From positions 49,414,001 through 49,478,000 of the forward strand of contig NC_086386.1 in assembly GCF_036588685.1 (NCBI RefSeq): 64,000 nucleotides of DNA, written 5' to 3'. The position numbers and the translations under genes were made by a program. A model generated the notes under the pieces. That model worked only from the letters and a program-made list of their open reading frames with translations, was not told the origin of the DNA and ran no database searches. This DNA comes from Mytilus trossulus (taxonomy: Eukaryota). How positions within the stretch are numbered: the first letter of the stretch is position 1; each line of letters begins with the position of its first letter. This document shows positions 26,196-38,300 of this stretch, piece after piece.

Positions 26196-28340
26196 CCCGT
26201 GGGGGAGGGGGGTTACTTCCTATGTTTTTAGTGGTATGAATGTGCTGCAAAACAGGGTCGCCTTTTCATGCCCTGCTGGTGAGAACATGGCCTTTTTTAA
26301 AACACAGTATGTGTCTTCAGCAGGATCGCTTATTAAACTGTTTTATATACAGTCTATAACCTGGGTGCAAAACAGGATCTATTTTATATGGTCTAAAACA
26401 TATAGGAATCTGTCTAGGACAGGGCCTACATTTACTGAGAGTGTCTAGAACAGAGTATGTTTTTCAATATTTCTGTTTAGAACAGGGTGTTTTTCAATAT
26501 TTCTGTTTAGAACAGGGTATATTTTTCAATATTTCTGTTTAGAACAGGGTATGTTTTTCAATATTTCTGTTTAGAACAGGGTATGTTTTTCAAAATTTCT
26601 GTTTAGAACAGGGTATGTTTTTCAATATTTCTGTCTAGAACAGGGTATGTTTTACAATATTTCTGTCTAGAACAGGGTATGCTTTACAATATTTCTGTCT
26701 AGAACAGGGTATGTTTTTCAATATTTCTGTCTAGAACAGGGTATGTTTTTCAATATTTCTGTCTAGAACAGGGTATGTTTTTCAATATTTCTGTCTAGAA
26801 CAGGCTATGTTTTACAATATTTCTGTCTAGAGCAGGGTATGTTTTACAATATTTCTGTCTAGAACAGGGTATGTTTTTCAATATTTCTGTCTAGAACAGG
26901 GTATGTTTTTCAATATTTCTGTCTAGAACAGGCTATGCTTTACAATATTTCTGTCTAGAGCAGGGTATGTTTTACAATATTTCTGTCTAGAACAGGGTAT
27001 GTTTTTCAATATTTCTGTCTAGAACAGGGTATGTTTTACAATATTTCTGTCTAGAACAGGGTATGTTTTACAATATTTCTGTCTAGAACAGGGTATGTTT
27101 TACAATATTTCTGTCTAGAACAGGGTATGCTTTACAATATTTCTGTCTAGAACAGGCTATGTTTTACAATATTTCTGTCTAGAACAGGGTATGTTTTACA
27201 ATATTTCTGTCTAGAACAGGGTATGTTTTTCAATATTTCTGTCTAGAACAGGGTATGTTTTACAATATTTCTGTCTAGAACAGGGTATGTTTTACAATAT
27301 TTCTGTCTAGAACAGGGTATGCTTTACAATATTTCTGTCTAGAACAGGGTATGTTTTTCAATATTTCTGTCTAGAACAGGGTATGTTTTACAATATTTCT
27401 GTCTAGAACAGGGTATGTTTTACAATATTTCTGTCTAGAACAGGGTATGTTTTACAATATTTCTGTCTAGAACAGGGTATGCTTTACAATATTTCTGTCT
27501 AGAACAGGGTATGCTTTACAATATTTCTGTCTAGAACAGGGTATGTTTTACAATATTTCTGTCTAGAACAGGGTATGTTTTACAATATTTCTGTCTAGAA
27601 CAGGGTATGTTTTTCAATATTTCTGAGGGTATGCTTTACAATATTTCTGTCTAGAACAGGGTATGTTTTTCAATATTTCTGTCTAGAACAGGGTATGCTT
27701 TACAATATTTCTGTCTAGAACAGGGTATGTTTTTCAATATTTCTGTCTAGAACAGGGTATGTTTTTCAATATTTCTGTCTAGAACAGGGTATGTTTTTCA
27801 ATATTTCTGTCTAGAACAGGGTATGTTTTTCAATATTTCTGTCTAGAACAGGGTATGTTTTACAATATTTCTGTCTAGAACAGGCTATGTTTTACAATAT
27901 TTCTGTCTAGAACAGGCTATGTTTTACAATATTTCTGTCTAGAACAGGGTATGCTTTACAATATTTCTGTCTAGAACAGGGTATGATATACAATATTTCT
28001 GTCTAGAACAGGGTATGTTTTACAATATTTCTGTCTAGAACAGGCTATGTTTTACAATATTTCTGTCTAGAACAGGGTATGCTTTACAATATTTCTGTCT
28101 AGAACAGGGTATGTTTTTCAATATTTCTGTCTAGAACAGGGTATGTTTTTCAATATTTCTGTCTAGAACAGGGTATGCTTTTCAATATTTCTGTCTAGAA
28201 CAGGGTAGGTTTTTCAATATTTCTGTCTAGAACAGGGTAGGTTTTTCAATATTTCTGTTTAGAACAGGGTATAATTTGAAAAGTGTTGTCGGCATAGTTA
28301 TACCAAAAATGACAGTCAGTAACACCCCTCTTCCTACGAG
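26196..28340. mobile_element. Non-autonomous TIR element with 8-bp TSD carrying a minisatellite
   Basis: TSD TTTTGAAT at 26188-26195 and 28341-28348. Imperfect TIRs CCCGTGGGGGAGGGGGGTTACT and (reverse complement) CTCGTAGGAAGAGGGGTGTTACT. An empty paralogous site is present near 20068. Confidence 0.8.
26443..28272 (+). repeat. 32-bp tandem array (GTCTAGAACAGGGTATGTTTTWCAATATTTCT), about 57 copies
   Basis: Directly visible, with few variant positions and one internal deletion near 27625. No spacers. Confidence 0.97.
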
Positions 28341-28380
28341 TTTTGAATACTCGACAAACAAATCAGGCTATAACAACCAG

Positions 28381-28516
28381 GGGTTGAAGTCATAAAACTT
28401 TGCTCAGTGCTCAGAGCACAAAAATCATGCTCAAAACATGAAATCCAGCATTTTGATTGGTTGAATTTCGAGTATGAGTACAAAAAACTGACTCAAAAGT
28501 TTTATGACTGCAAGGC
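28381..28516. mobile_element. Small PIF/Harbinger-like MITE
   Basis: 21-bp TIRs (GGGTTGAAGTCATAAAACTTT / GCCTTGCAGTCATAAAACTTT) with CAG on both flanks. Absent from the paralogous site near 20100. Confidence 0.7.
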
Positions 28517-31500
28517 CAGAGGTATTCTGCACGTTTATTGTGTTAATTCCTAACTGATCTAGATCCTCATATTTTAGGATCTGCATAATATTCGAATCAG
28601 GTTATTCTTAAATCTAATTTTGGAGGTCCTGAAAAAGGTGTGGAATCCTATAAAACTATAATTACATTTTGAAGGTCTTGCAATGTAATATAAGTTAGTG
28701 TTACTGTATTTAATTTTATATGAGTGTGCGGCAAAACAGGGCCACATTTTCATGTCCTGCTGGTTAGAACATGGTATCCGATTTTTCATGACCGGCTGGT
28801 TAGAACAGAGTCGCATTTTCATGCCCTGTTGGCGAGAACATTTGGTTGAGGCAAACAAAAGTAAAAGAACAGAAACGATGGGAAAAATTCAACAATTTTT
28901 CATTTGTAAAGGGGCATAAATCTAGAACAGTACATGTGACACCACAAAAATTCCTCAAATTTAATCAGTGTCTTGTGGTAATAAGAATTGTGTATAAGTG
29001 TCATAATATTTGGTTGAGGCAAATTTAAGTGTGTACATACAAAAGTACACAAGTAAAATCTAAAAAATATTTCTAAGCATAATTTCCACATCTCTTATAC
29101 TTATTTCTAGGCCTAGTTTCCATAACTCTTATGCATAGTTCTACGCCTAACTTACCCTATCTCTCCTGCTGATTTCTACGCATTATAACAACATATCTAA
29201 AGCTCAATTTGAAATCTAAATTTATGCGGCTAAGCAAGGAATAAGTTTTAGTTTTCTCAGGCTTGAAAAATCTGAAATGATTTTCTTGAATTCTTTTATA
29301 TTTTGTTACAGATGATGTTACAATTTTTAGAAACTAGGAATTAACTTTTTTTTCAAAACTCTCTAACAAGTCTAGTTGTGTTTTCAGACAATAATTCTAA
29401 CACATAAGTCTGTATGCTTTTTGTTTAATTTCGACCACAGATGTTTTGCATGTACAAATATTGTACAAATATACACAGCAGTAATATACATTAAATACAT
29501 GCTCTATACTACATCGAACTATATATATTTATCTAAAATAGACATATTTACATTATATTCTTTTAAAAATGCTCTTGCAAACTTAATGATATTAATACAA
29601 TATCCCAGGATCATGTATTGCTAACCTATATAATGCTCAAAATGATATTGACCCTATACAAGTTTGAATGGCCTGAAAAATGCAGAAAAACAACTATTAA
29701 AGCCCTCCAAATTGAAATACGAACTATTATGCAGAAAGCACTACTGAAACCCCCTACATGTATATTGAAATACAATTTTTTACTTTGAATGCATAAAACT
29801 ATTGCCCCCCCCCCCAAAAAAAAAAATTAAAAAAAATATTGTCCAGTCACTAGAAAAACAATGAGTCCTCAGACACTGGATCTACCTGACATGTGAACTT
29901 TGAACATTAATATATAACAAGATTATTGTGATAGTACAATGACTTTTTTCATCCAAAAACTTCAATAAAAATTTTGAATATATTATAGTTTCAACAAAAA
30001 TAAGATTTTTTTTTAATCTTCTACTACATCTAAAAAAAAGTATAAATAAAAATGTTTAAAAATTCAATATTTGACAGATTAACAATTCCACTAATGAAGG
30101 AGTTAAACCTCACTGAAGAGACACTTAATTATCTTAATTTTCCATGATTTTATGAATTCAACAATATTCATTTAAAAGATGCCATTGTGAATAAAGATGC
30201 TATTTTGAATTTCAACATGTGCATAATGAATATGTTGAATACCATTTCCCCACAACTTGCTTTGCTATTGCCAAACAATTTACAGCTTAGTAAACCTGTT
30301 CATGTCATCAGTAAGAGATTTTGAGATATTGATATTCCATGATAGATAAATGTAAATAAAGAAAAGATGAGAAAATGTAACTCATAAGGCAGAAAATTAA
30401 TTGTTTTAACTTCAAAATCAGTTGATATCTAAATCACCTAATGTAGTGGATAAAATAAAATAATATATGGTATAAAAAAATGTGTCCATAGGACACATAT
30501 GCCCCAACTCCATAATCATTAATGTAGGAGGGATTAGCATATTATGCATATTCATCATGTTTATCATGTTGGTGAAGGACATGGGGTTTGGTTCTTTTAC
30601 TATGTTCTAACATAAAAAGCCTGGTTTTTGGGGTATTTATAGATCAAATATCTTATCTACTTCCTGGTTGAAAACAACATTTAAATGTTTTGGCTGATGC
30701 TTATTCAAGTTATATTGCATCATTCAGACCCCAAAAACTTAATTATCAATTTTTTAATCTGAAAGTACAAAATAGAAATTGGTCGATTTATAACTAGATT
30801 TGTGTATGATGGAAGTGTTTAACGACCTTGAGTGGCTATACAGCCTTAGCAGGGTTGGTTTGTGTAAAGTGGTCCTTAAGAGATCTTCACAAATCTGAAA
30901 TGATTTATTGGAGGTAACTCTAGTTGTCAGGAACAAAAAAGAAGAATGGCACTGTATGCTGCATAACCTTACAGCATATACATTTCAATAATTTGCAAAC
31001 TAGAAAGTTCTTTTGTCATAATAAAAATTACATGTAAATATAATCCTAATAATTTTATTAGAAGACTAGTTTTCCTGCATTGTTCAGAGTTCACAAAGTG
31101 GATTGATGATTATCTTGCCTTGTGAGCAGGACTAATGTACATGTACTTAGACTAAGGAATCAACCAATCAAAATCCTTGATGTGGTGCTTCGAGCACAAA
31201 TTTTCTACTCAAAGAGTACTGAGTAAAATTTGTGATCAAAGGGCCCTGGATATTAGATCAGGTTAAACAATTTTCATTACAGGTTGGCAAAATATTTCAA
31301 TGAAAGATCAATGATATAAACCAAAATTTTCAAATTTTATTCCAATGAGTTCATGAATCTTATTTAACTGTTCAAAAACTGGTTTCACTGTTGGCGAATG
31401 TCATTTGTGAACTCATAAGTTGCAAGGATTACAAGACTACATTATAATAAGAAATGAATTTCACTGTCACTACCCTGGTGACAAGATCATTAAAGAAAAT

Positions 31501-32320
31501 ATGATTATACACTGTATTCATGGTATTCGAACATTTAATCATCTTGTGAAGAAAAATAGAAAGATCAACCAAAAATAATTATATAACACTGCAGTAATGT
31601 TAGTTTACAAAAATAAATGCATACATGAGTAACTTGCCCTTTCAGTTCTTTCGTAACAATGAACTTGCATCTTCATTTCATAAATACAAAATATTATAAT
31701 AATCTTATCAATAATAAAAAAAGTTTATGTGGAAACCACCAATATCTCAACCAGTCAATAAACAAATATATCTTTAGACTAGAAAAAATATTACTGACCC
31801 AAAGTTTTTGTTTCTGCACATGCTATCCAACTAATCTATTTTTTTCATTTTTGTGTTAGTTTTTTTTACCAGTTTAAAATGTTTTAATATATGCTTGATC
31901 TTTTATTAGAAAAATCATAAAAAGATGATGAACCCACTGCCTTTATGAAAATAATGGTGCAAACATTGGATTTAGTTAACAGTGAACTGTGAAGTACAAA
32001 TAGTAGTTTGTATACATGTCATGTGCCACCAAAAGAAGAAAATTTTTTGTAGTCATTTTGTAGAATTTACAGAATATCAAATTCCTGATAAAAAGCCCCC
32101 AACATTTGCGTGTGATTATTATTATTAAATTTTGTTAACCTAATCTTTCTTTAAAAGGATCAGGCAATTTATGGCAAGTGACCATTTATTTTGTATTGTA
32201 ATGGTTTATAAATGAAACACATAAATATGGCTTGTGTCAATGACTTTGAACAAAAGGGTTTTAGCTGCCTTCATAAAACAAATTAATGCCATTCATGGAC
32301 AAACATATAAAAATTCTCTG

Positions 32321-35300
32321 CTATGACAATATAGTAGAAAATTTATCTTTAAAATCTAACGAGTCTCTTGAGCTCTCATTATCACTGAAGACTTGACTTC
32401 TAGTCACTCTTTTTAACGGAGTATTATCAGAATCGGTATAAATATTTTCTACATCTACAAAACCATGGTTAGAATCGGTAAAACTTTTACGTGACGATGG
32501 CGAATCTGATCTCATTTTCAATACACGCCTAAAACTTCTAATACTAGCAGGAGAATTCTCCCGACTACTTCTTGTACTGAATGCTTCCCGACTGTCTGAA
32601 TCGTAACCATTGTCTGTTTTACGACGAGAACTTCTTGTAGCTGGTCCTGGAGAATTTCGATCCAATAAACCATTTTCACCATTTACAATATGTGAAGGTG
32701 TACGAGGAGAGCCACGTGCATTTTTGCACCAACCATTATCACTGGGAGTGCTAGCTCGGGATGGAGATATTTCGTTTAATACTCTTGATATAGATCTTCT
32801 CCCGTTCACAGGAGACAAACAAATTGGAGAACTGATGTTACTATTCACACAATTTTCTTTCTTTTTTGATCGATCTATCATTCCATTGAGGAAATTATTT
32901 CGTAAAACTCGCTTATTTTCTAATAGTCCTTTTTGTACAGTATCTTTAATATAATCTGCAACCACTAATTTTGAACCAAGTATATAATTGTTCAATTCAG
33001 CTTTTACTCGGTCAGTAACATTGCCCGCCTTTGAGGATTTAGACAAATTTCTTATTACACTTATTTCTTTTGGTTCATCTTTGATACTTATAGAAGAACT
33101 TCTTAATTCACGTGGAGATTTAGAATTTTCATTGGCAAACATATCAGCATCACATGTTTGTCTTCGTGTCCGTAATTCACGTTTTATTGGTGAAACTGAT
33201 GGATCAAAATCTTCCTCTTCATCAAAAGCTTTGGTTTCTAACGAATCTATTGTTTTTCTTCTTATCCGTTCATGTTTAGAAGTGTCTGCTTTAATCAGAC
33301 TTATACCTGTAAAAGTTGTACTACGAAGACGGTAATCACCACTTTTTGTCATGTCCACTTCATCAGGGCTCATAATAAAAACATCACAGAAATTTCTCTC
33401 CTTCAACTCTTTTTTACGTTTATATCTTTCCTTCTTAGTCTGAACTAACCTATCTGGTTCAATAGTCAGAACATTCCTTAAGTTTTCAGTCACTAACTTT
33501 CCAGAAAATCCCAGTTCTGAACCGGCATCACCCGCATCCTTACGCGGTGATAAGGATGATAGTTCAGGAATATAGTCTTGTGTGTCATCATCTTGCAGGA
33601 GAAAGTCGGTAAAACTTCTTTCCCTTTTTTCTAAATGCAAGTCCTCGATTTCTTCTTTAATGTCAGGGGATGTTTCATAAGCACTAGGGTCAAAATTATA
33701 GTATATATTCTGTTCTGGGTATAATTCCGCTATTTTTTGTGCCTCTCTATCTGAGAGACGCATGTCAACTAATGCGTCATTTAGTCCATGGAATGCTTCT
33801 ATTCTAGATTTATAGTACTGTTTCTTCATCTTCTCACGTTTACTGACCATATAACACAAATTACGAACCTGTAAAATGAATGAGAGATTGTTAATATTTG
33901 CCAATCATAACATGAAAGTATTCATTTCTTCATAAAAGCTAAATAAGTGATGTCCATGAAGTTGGGGCCTCTTCTACAATCATGGATTGTAAAAAAAAAC
34001 AAAAAAACAGAGATGTTTATAGATCTTAAAAGCCATATTCAAATTCTGAAACGGGACCAGAATTCATTTGTAAAGAGTTTTCATCTAATTTGAAAAAAAA
34101 TGAAAGATTTTTTTTTTACAATAGCTTAAACACGTACAGAATATTTTTGTATGATTTAAAAAATTCTAACTTGCCCACATAAGCAAAGACAACTCAGATA
34201 ATTTGATTATATAAAGAAATGTAGAGAAAATTTACCTATCATGTTATGTTACAAGAAAACAAGAACAATGACTCCCATGTTTCTTTTCTGTCGGCACATA
34301 CACATCTGGTATGAGCTTTTTCTCCTATGTGTTCAAAATGTTATGCTTATATTTTATGTTTAACCCTGGTTAATTCCTACTAAGTGCTCACTTCTCATAT
34401 CTGATTTCAAAATTCTTGTTTTTTTTTTTTATTTCCTGGTACACAAGTACTTTTACATGTATAATTCTTACAATATTTGAAAATGTCTGTGACACATACC
34501 TTTTATTTATATTTTTCAACAAAAACTTTAAAATTATATTTCTGCAAAGGATTGAAAAATTCTACTGGCTTAAACTAAGAAACCCTTATAACTACCAATA
34601 ATGCTGCAATCAACCTTCCACATGTGAAAGATACACCATAAATGTTTATAGATAAATATTATTTACAAAAATTAGCTCTATAATTGTGATTGATCTATAA
34701 TTAATCTGCACTTTGTAAAACTCTTTACCCTTTCTAAATCTTGTCGTAGTTGTACAAACATCTTCATTCTGGACAATAAACTATCTTCTTGTTGTTTTTC
34801 AAAGAAATCTTCCTCCTCAGTTTTAGGTGTTAATAATGGTGCACCAAACATGGACTAAAAACAATAAAATAAAATTAAATATGTATAAATGTAAATATCA
34901 AAAGTTAATTCTGAATAATAATTATGGCATCCATATTCTCCTTTTTATAACCCTTATCAATCAGGTACAAAGAGTGATTAAACAAAATTATTATTGGGTG
35001 GTAGAAAACACTGCTCTTCATATTGCTTCAGTTGTATGTATTTTGACAAATGAACAGTTTTTAATCAGTGCTTATTTCAAAGCCAAGGTTCTATCTGTAT
35101 ATTAACATTCTTCTCTCTGTTGGAACTGTTGATACTAAATTTTAATGGAAACAAACTTCTAATTCACCTATAATTTTATTTTCCTTAAGTTTTTATCTGT
35201 ATAAATTTTACCTACAAAGCACCACATTCAAATTAAATTGTACATGTTTTACATGTCTTCCATTGTTGGTCATTTGAAAGTTATTACCTTAAATAACTAT

Positions 35301-38300
35301 ATTAGTTGTTTAGCAGTATATATTTCCTGTAGAATTTCATAATAATCAGAATAAAATTTGTAAAATAATTTTATGTGTTTTGCTCATTGTTGAAGGTAAG
35401 AGTGTGACCTATATTTGTTAAATCCTGTGTCATTTGATCTCTTGTGGAGAGTTTCCTTTTTAGCAAAAATAGGACATCTTCTTAATTTAATATTTGTTAA
35501 GCATATATATTTTAACATGTCTTTAAAATGTTTCATCAATTTCATCAATTTTACTGTCAGATTTCTGAATTGTGTTATTTTTTTTCATATAACTTAGTTT
35601 ACCACTGTTGTGTCTTACCTTTCTTTTTAGTTTCCAATATTCATATATACTTTCTATAATGTCTATATCTAACTCTAATGTTCTGGATAGCTCATCTAAA
35701 TTAATTATACTGTAAAATTCTTCTTGTAGTTTCTTTGTTCTGTAAATAGAAAAAACCCAAAATAAAGCCTTCAAAAAGAAGAGATGTGCTACTTAAGGTA
35801 GCACAATACAAAGATTGTATAACTCCACCTCCCAAGTTTTAAAATGCTGTAACTTTCTTAAATGCTTGAAAATTTATAAAAGTGGTAGTTATGGATAGCT
35901 AACAGATTACTCTTTCAAATTAATGCAATGTTAGTATTATGCAACAATTATGTAACCAATTATAAAGTTAACTGTGTCTAAAATATTTTTCACCAAATTT
36001 CCACTTTCAAATGAAATTAGCTTCTGCATAGGTATCCCTAGAGGGTTGATTTTATTATATGTTGTTTCTATGGCCATTATCTACAAAAGGGTGTCTCAGA
36101 TTTCAGATAGAATGTATAGAACAAATTTTACACCTAATTCAACATTATCTTCTTTTATGTGGTTAGGATGTTTACACTAATTACAGATTTATGAGAGAAT
36201 GGAATACCATAGAGACAATCTGAGACACCCTTTTGAAGCCCATGATGTGTTGATTAAGATTTTGTTAAAATTTTCAGTATAGTTAAAGAGATGAAAGAGC
36301 TAAATTCATTCAAGCGAACTTACCCAGATTTTGCCATTAATTACATAATGATTGCATAATAAAAATATTGCATTCATTCAAAAGATTAATATTTTATCTA
36401 TCTATATATATCTCTTTTATTATTTTCTATGCAGTCATAAGAAAGTTACAGCTTTTCAAAGGTTAGTGATTGGAAGTAAAACAATCTTTGTATTGTGCTA
36501 CCTTAATAATCATTTCAATTTAGATAGACTTTAAATTTTACATTCTAGGGGAGATAACTCCAATCATATTACTTCAAAACTTTGAAAACATCTCCACTTC
36601 AACTCTTCTTTCATGATAGTGTGCTACTTTATGGATACTGTTTCAAACAGTTATAATGTTACCAAAATAAACAGACAAGTTTGAAAAACAGCTACATTCA
36701 CCAAAAAAATATTTAAGTATACTTCACAGAACTTTTTCTTCTGGGAAGTAGTACGTCAGAATTTCTAACAAAGAGAGTGGAAATGATATTATCTTGATCT
36801 TTATAGAAAGGTGTTTAAGGTTTTATTTGAATTCAAACTTACTTTTCTGCCCTCATTCTAGCTATTTCTTCATCTGTTAGCCCCTTCCTAGGAGATCCAG
36901 GTGGACTTTTCCTGGGAGAATCAGTGTCGGACTCTGATCCTTTCCTATCACGATTTTTACTATGTCTGGGACAGTAACCCTGGAACAATTAATATTTATA
37001 ATGCTATTTTCTTTTCGTTTGAAGCTATATTATAAGTTTATATGTTTTCTATTTAAGAAATTACTGTAACTAAGAACTTACAACTTAATTATCACACATT
37101 CTATCAGAAATTTGTGACTTAAAGGAGAAATAAACAAAATTAACATTTATGAGTCACAATCAGACCTTCAACAAGGACCAAACAGCTTGACTTGAGGCTA
37201 GTCAGGCTTCATAAATTCAAAAGCAACAATTTAATGTCTTACTCCAAAGCTCTTTAGAGAGAGTTTGGACTACCACAGAAAGTCATCTCTCTCCCAGTCC
37301 TGCAAATTAGATTATCTCCCTTTATAAGTTGGACCATGATAATATTCCTTTGTGCATACTAAATCTGATTTAAAACAGTTTGTTTGGACATTTAGGACAG
37401 AGGAAATCTGTAAAAATAATACACCTTCCATTATTTTATTCCTTTTTACACCTCATGTCAATAAAAGTCTCTGTTAAATTAATGTTTTGTACATTCAAAA
37501 TTACCTTTAATTTCAAGCCTCCATCCAGATCTACATCATCTGTCAGTATAGTTTTCATTTCTAAAGTATTATGATGAGCACATGACACATGAAAGGCAGT
37601 TTTACAAGCTTTTACGCAACATTGAATACAGGCTCCTTTCCTCTCTTTACACAGACAACAAATTAAAGCCCATCGACTAGCCTGTAAATATATAATTAAT
37701 ATATTTCATAATATGTTAAGTATTATGAAAACAGAACATGTGATTGTGTGATGAAATTTTTCAAAAATGCAAAAATAATCCTTTCATTTTAGAATCAACA
37801 AAGTTTATTTTGAAAAATTTGGTTGTAATGTTTAAAAGTAATTTCTTACTGTTTCTAGTTGTTCTCTACAAGTAAAAATTTGGAAAGTAAATAGCTGATT
37901 TGTCCTCTGAACAATGTAATAATATGTTTACTGTTTTCAATGAACATTTGTAATGTAACAACTAAAAGCTAAAAGATCATAATTCTAATGGATTTATATT
38001 TTTATGCAAGAATCCGCAGTTGTTTTTTTTTATTAAATAAATTCATATTTCCTGCATCTTTCCTGTCTCAGGATTCCCAACCATTTATTGCCTTTCAAGT
38101 GTGTATTCTATATAAGAATATGCCTGTACCATTAGGGACTTTCCATTTTGAATTTTTATCAGAGTTCAGTATTTTTGTGATTTTACTTTTTTTTCTTTCA
38201 TACTTACAGGTATTTGAGATATTTTAGTAACTGGTTCCATTTTCTCAGCATCCCCTATGCTTACTTCAGGTATCCACAGTGCACAACTTACATGAGCCCA

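Larger units (their letters stand above)
18125..28685 (+). repeat. Old local duplication: copy A about 18125-20245, copy B about 25420-28685
   Basis: Collinear shared blocks (aatctcattttctatcaatgagtctgta; ttttaacataaagacaac; agtttcttatcacccattttct; agatcttgccgtg; ttttaggatctgcataatattcgaatca), each copy with different insertions. Confidence 0.85.

Noticed and set aside
26443-28272. CRISPR-like array (32-bp repeats)
   Set aside because: The repeats are head-to-tail with no unique spacers, there are no cas genes, and the context is eukaryotic.
20133-28858. Two ORFs sharing the C-terminus ..FIGFHTFF..IRILCRS (20133-20504 and 28574-28858)
   Set aside because: The similarity comes from the non-coding duplication; the N-termini are unrelated and no domain is recognisable.
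32321-33904. Stand-alone 527-aa gene
   Set aside because: It is the terminal Jade exon; the acceptor is at 33869-33870 and the first 12 ORF codons are intronic.
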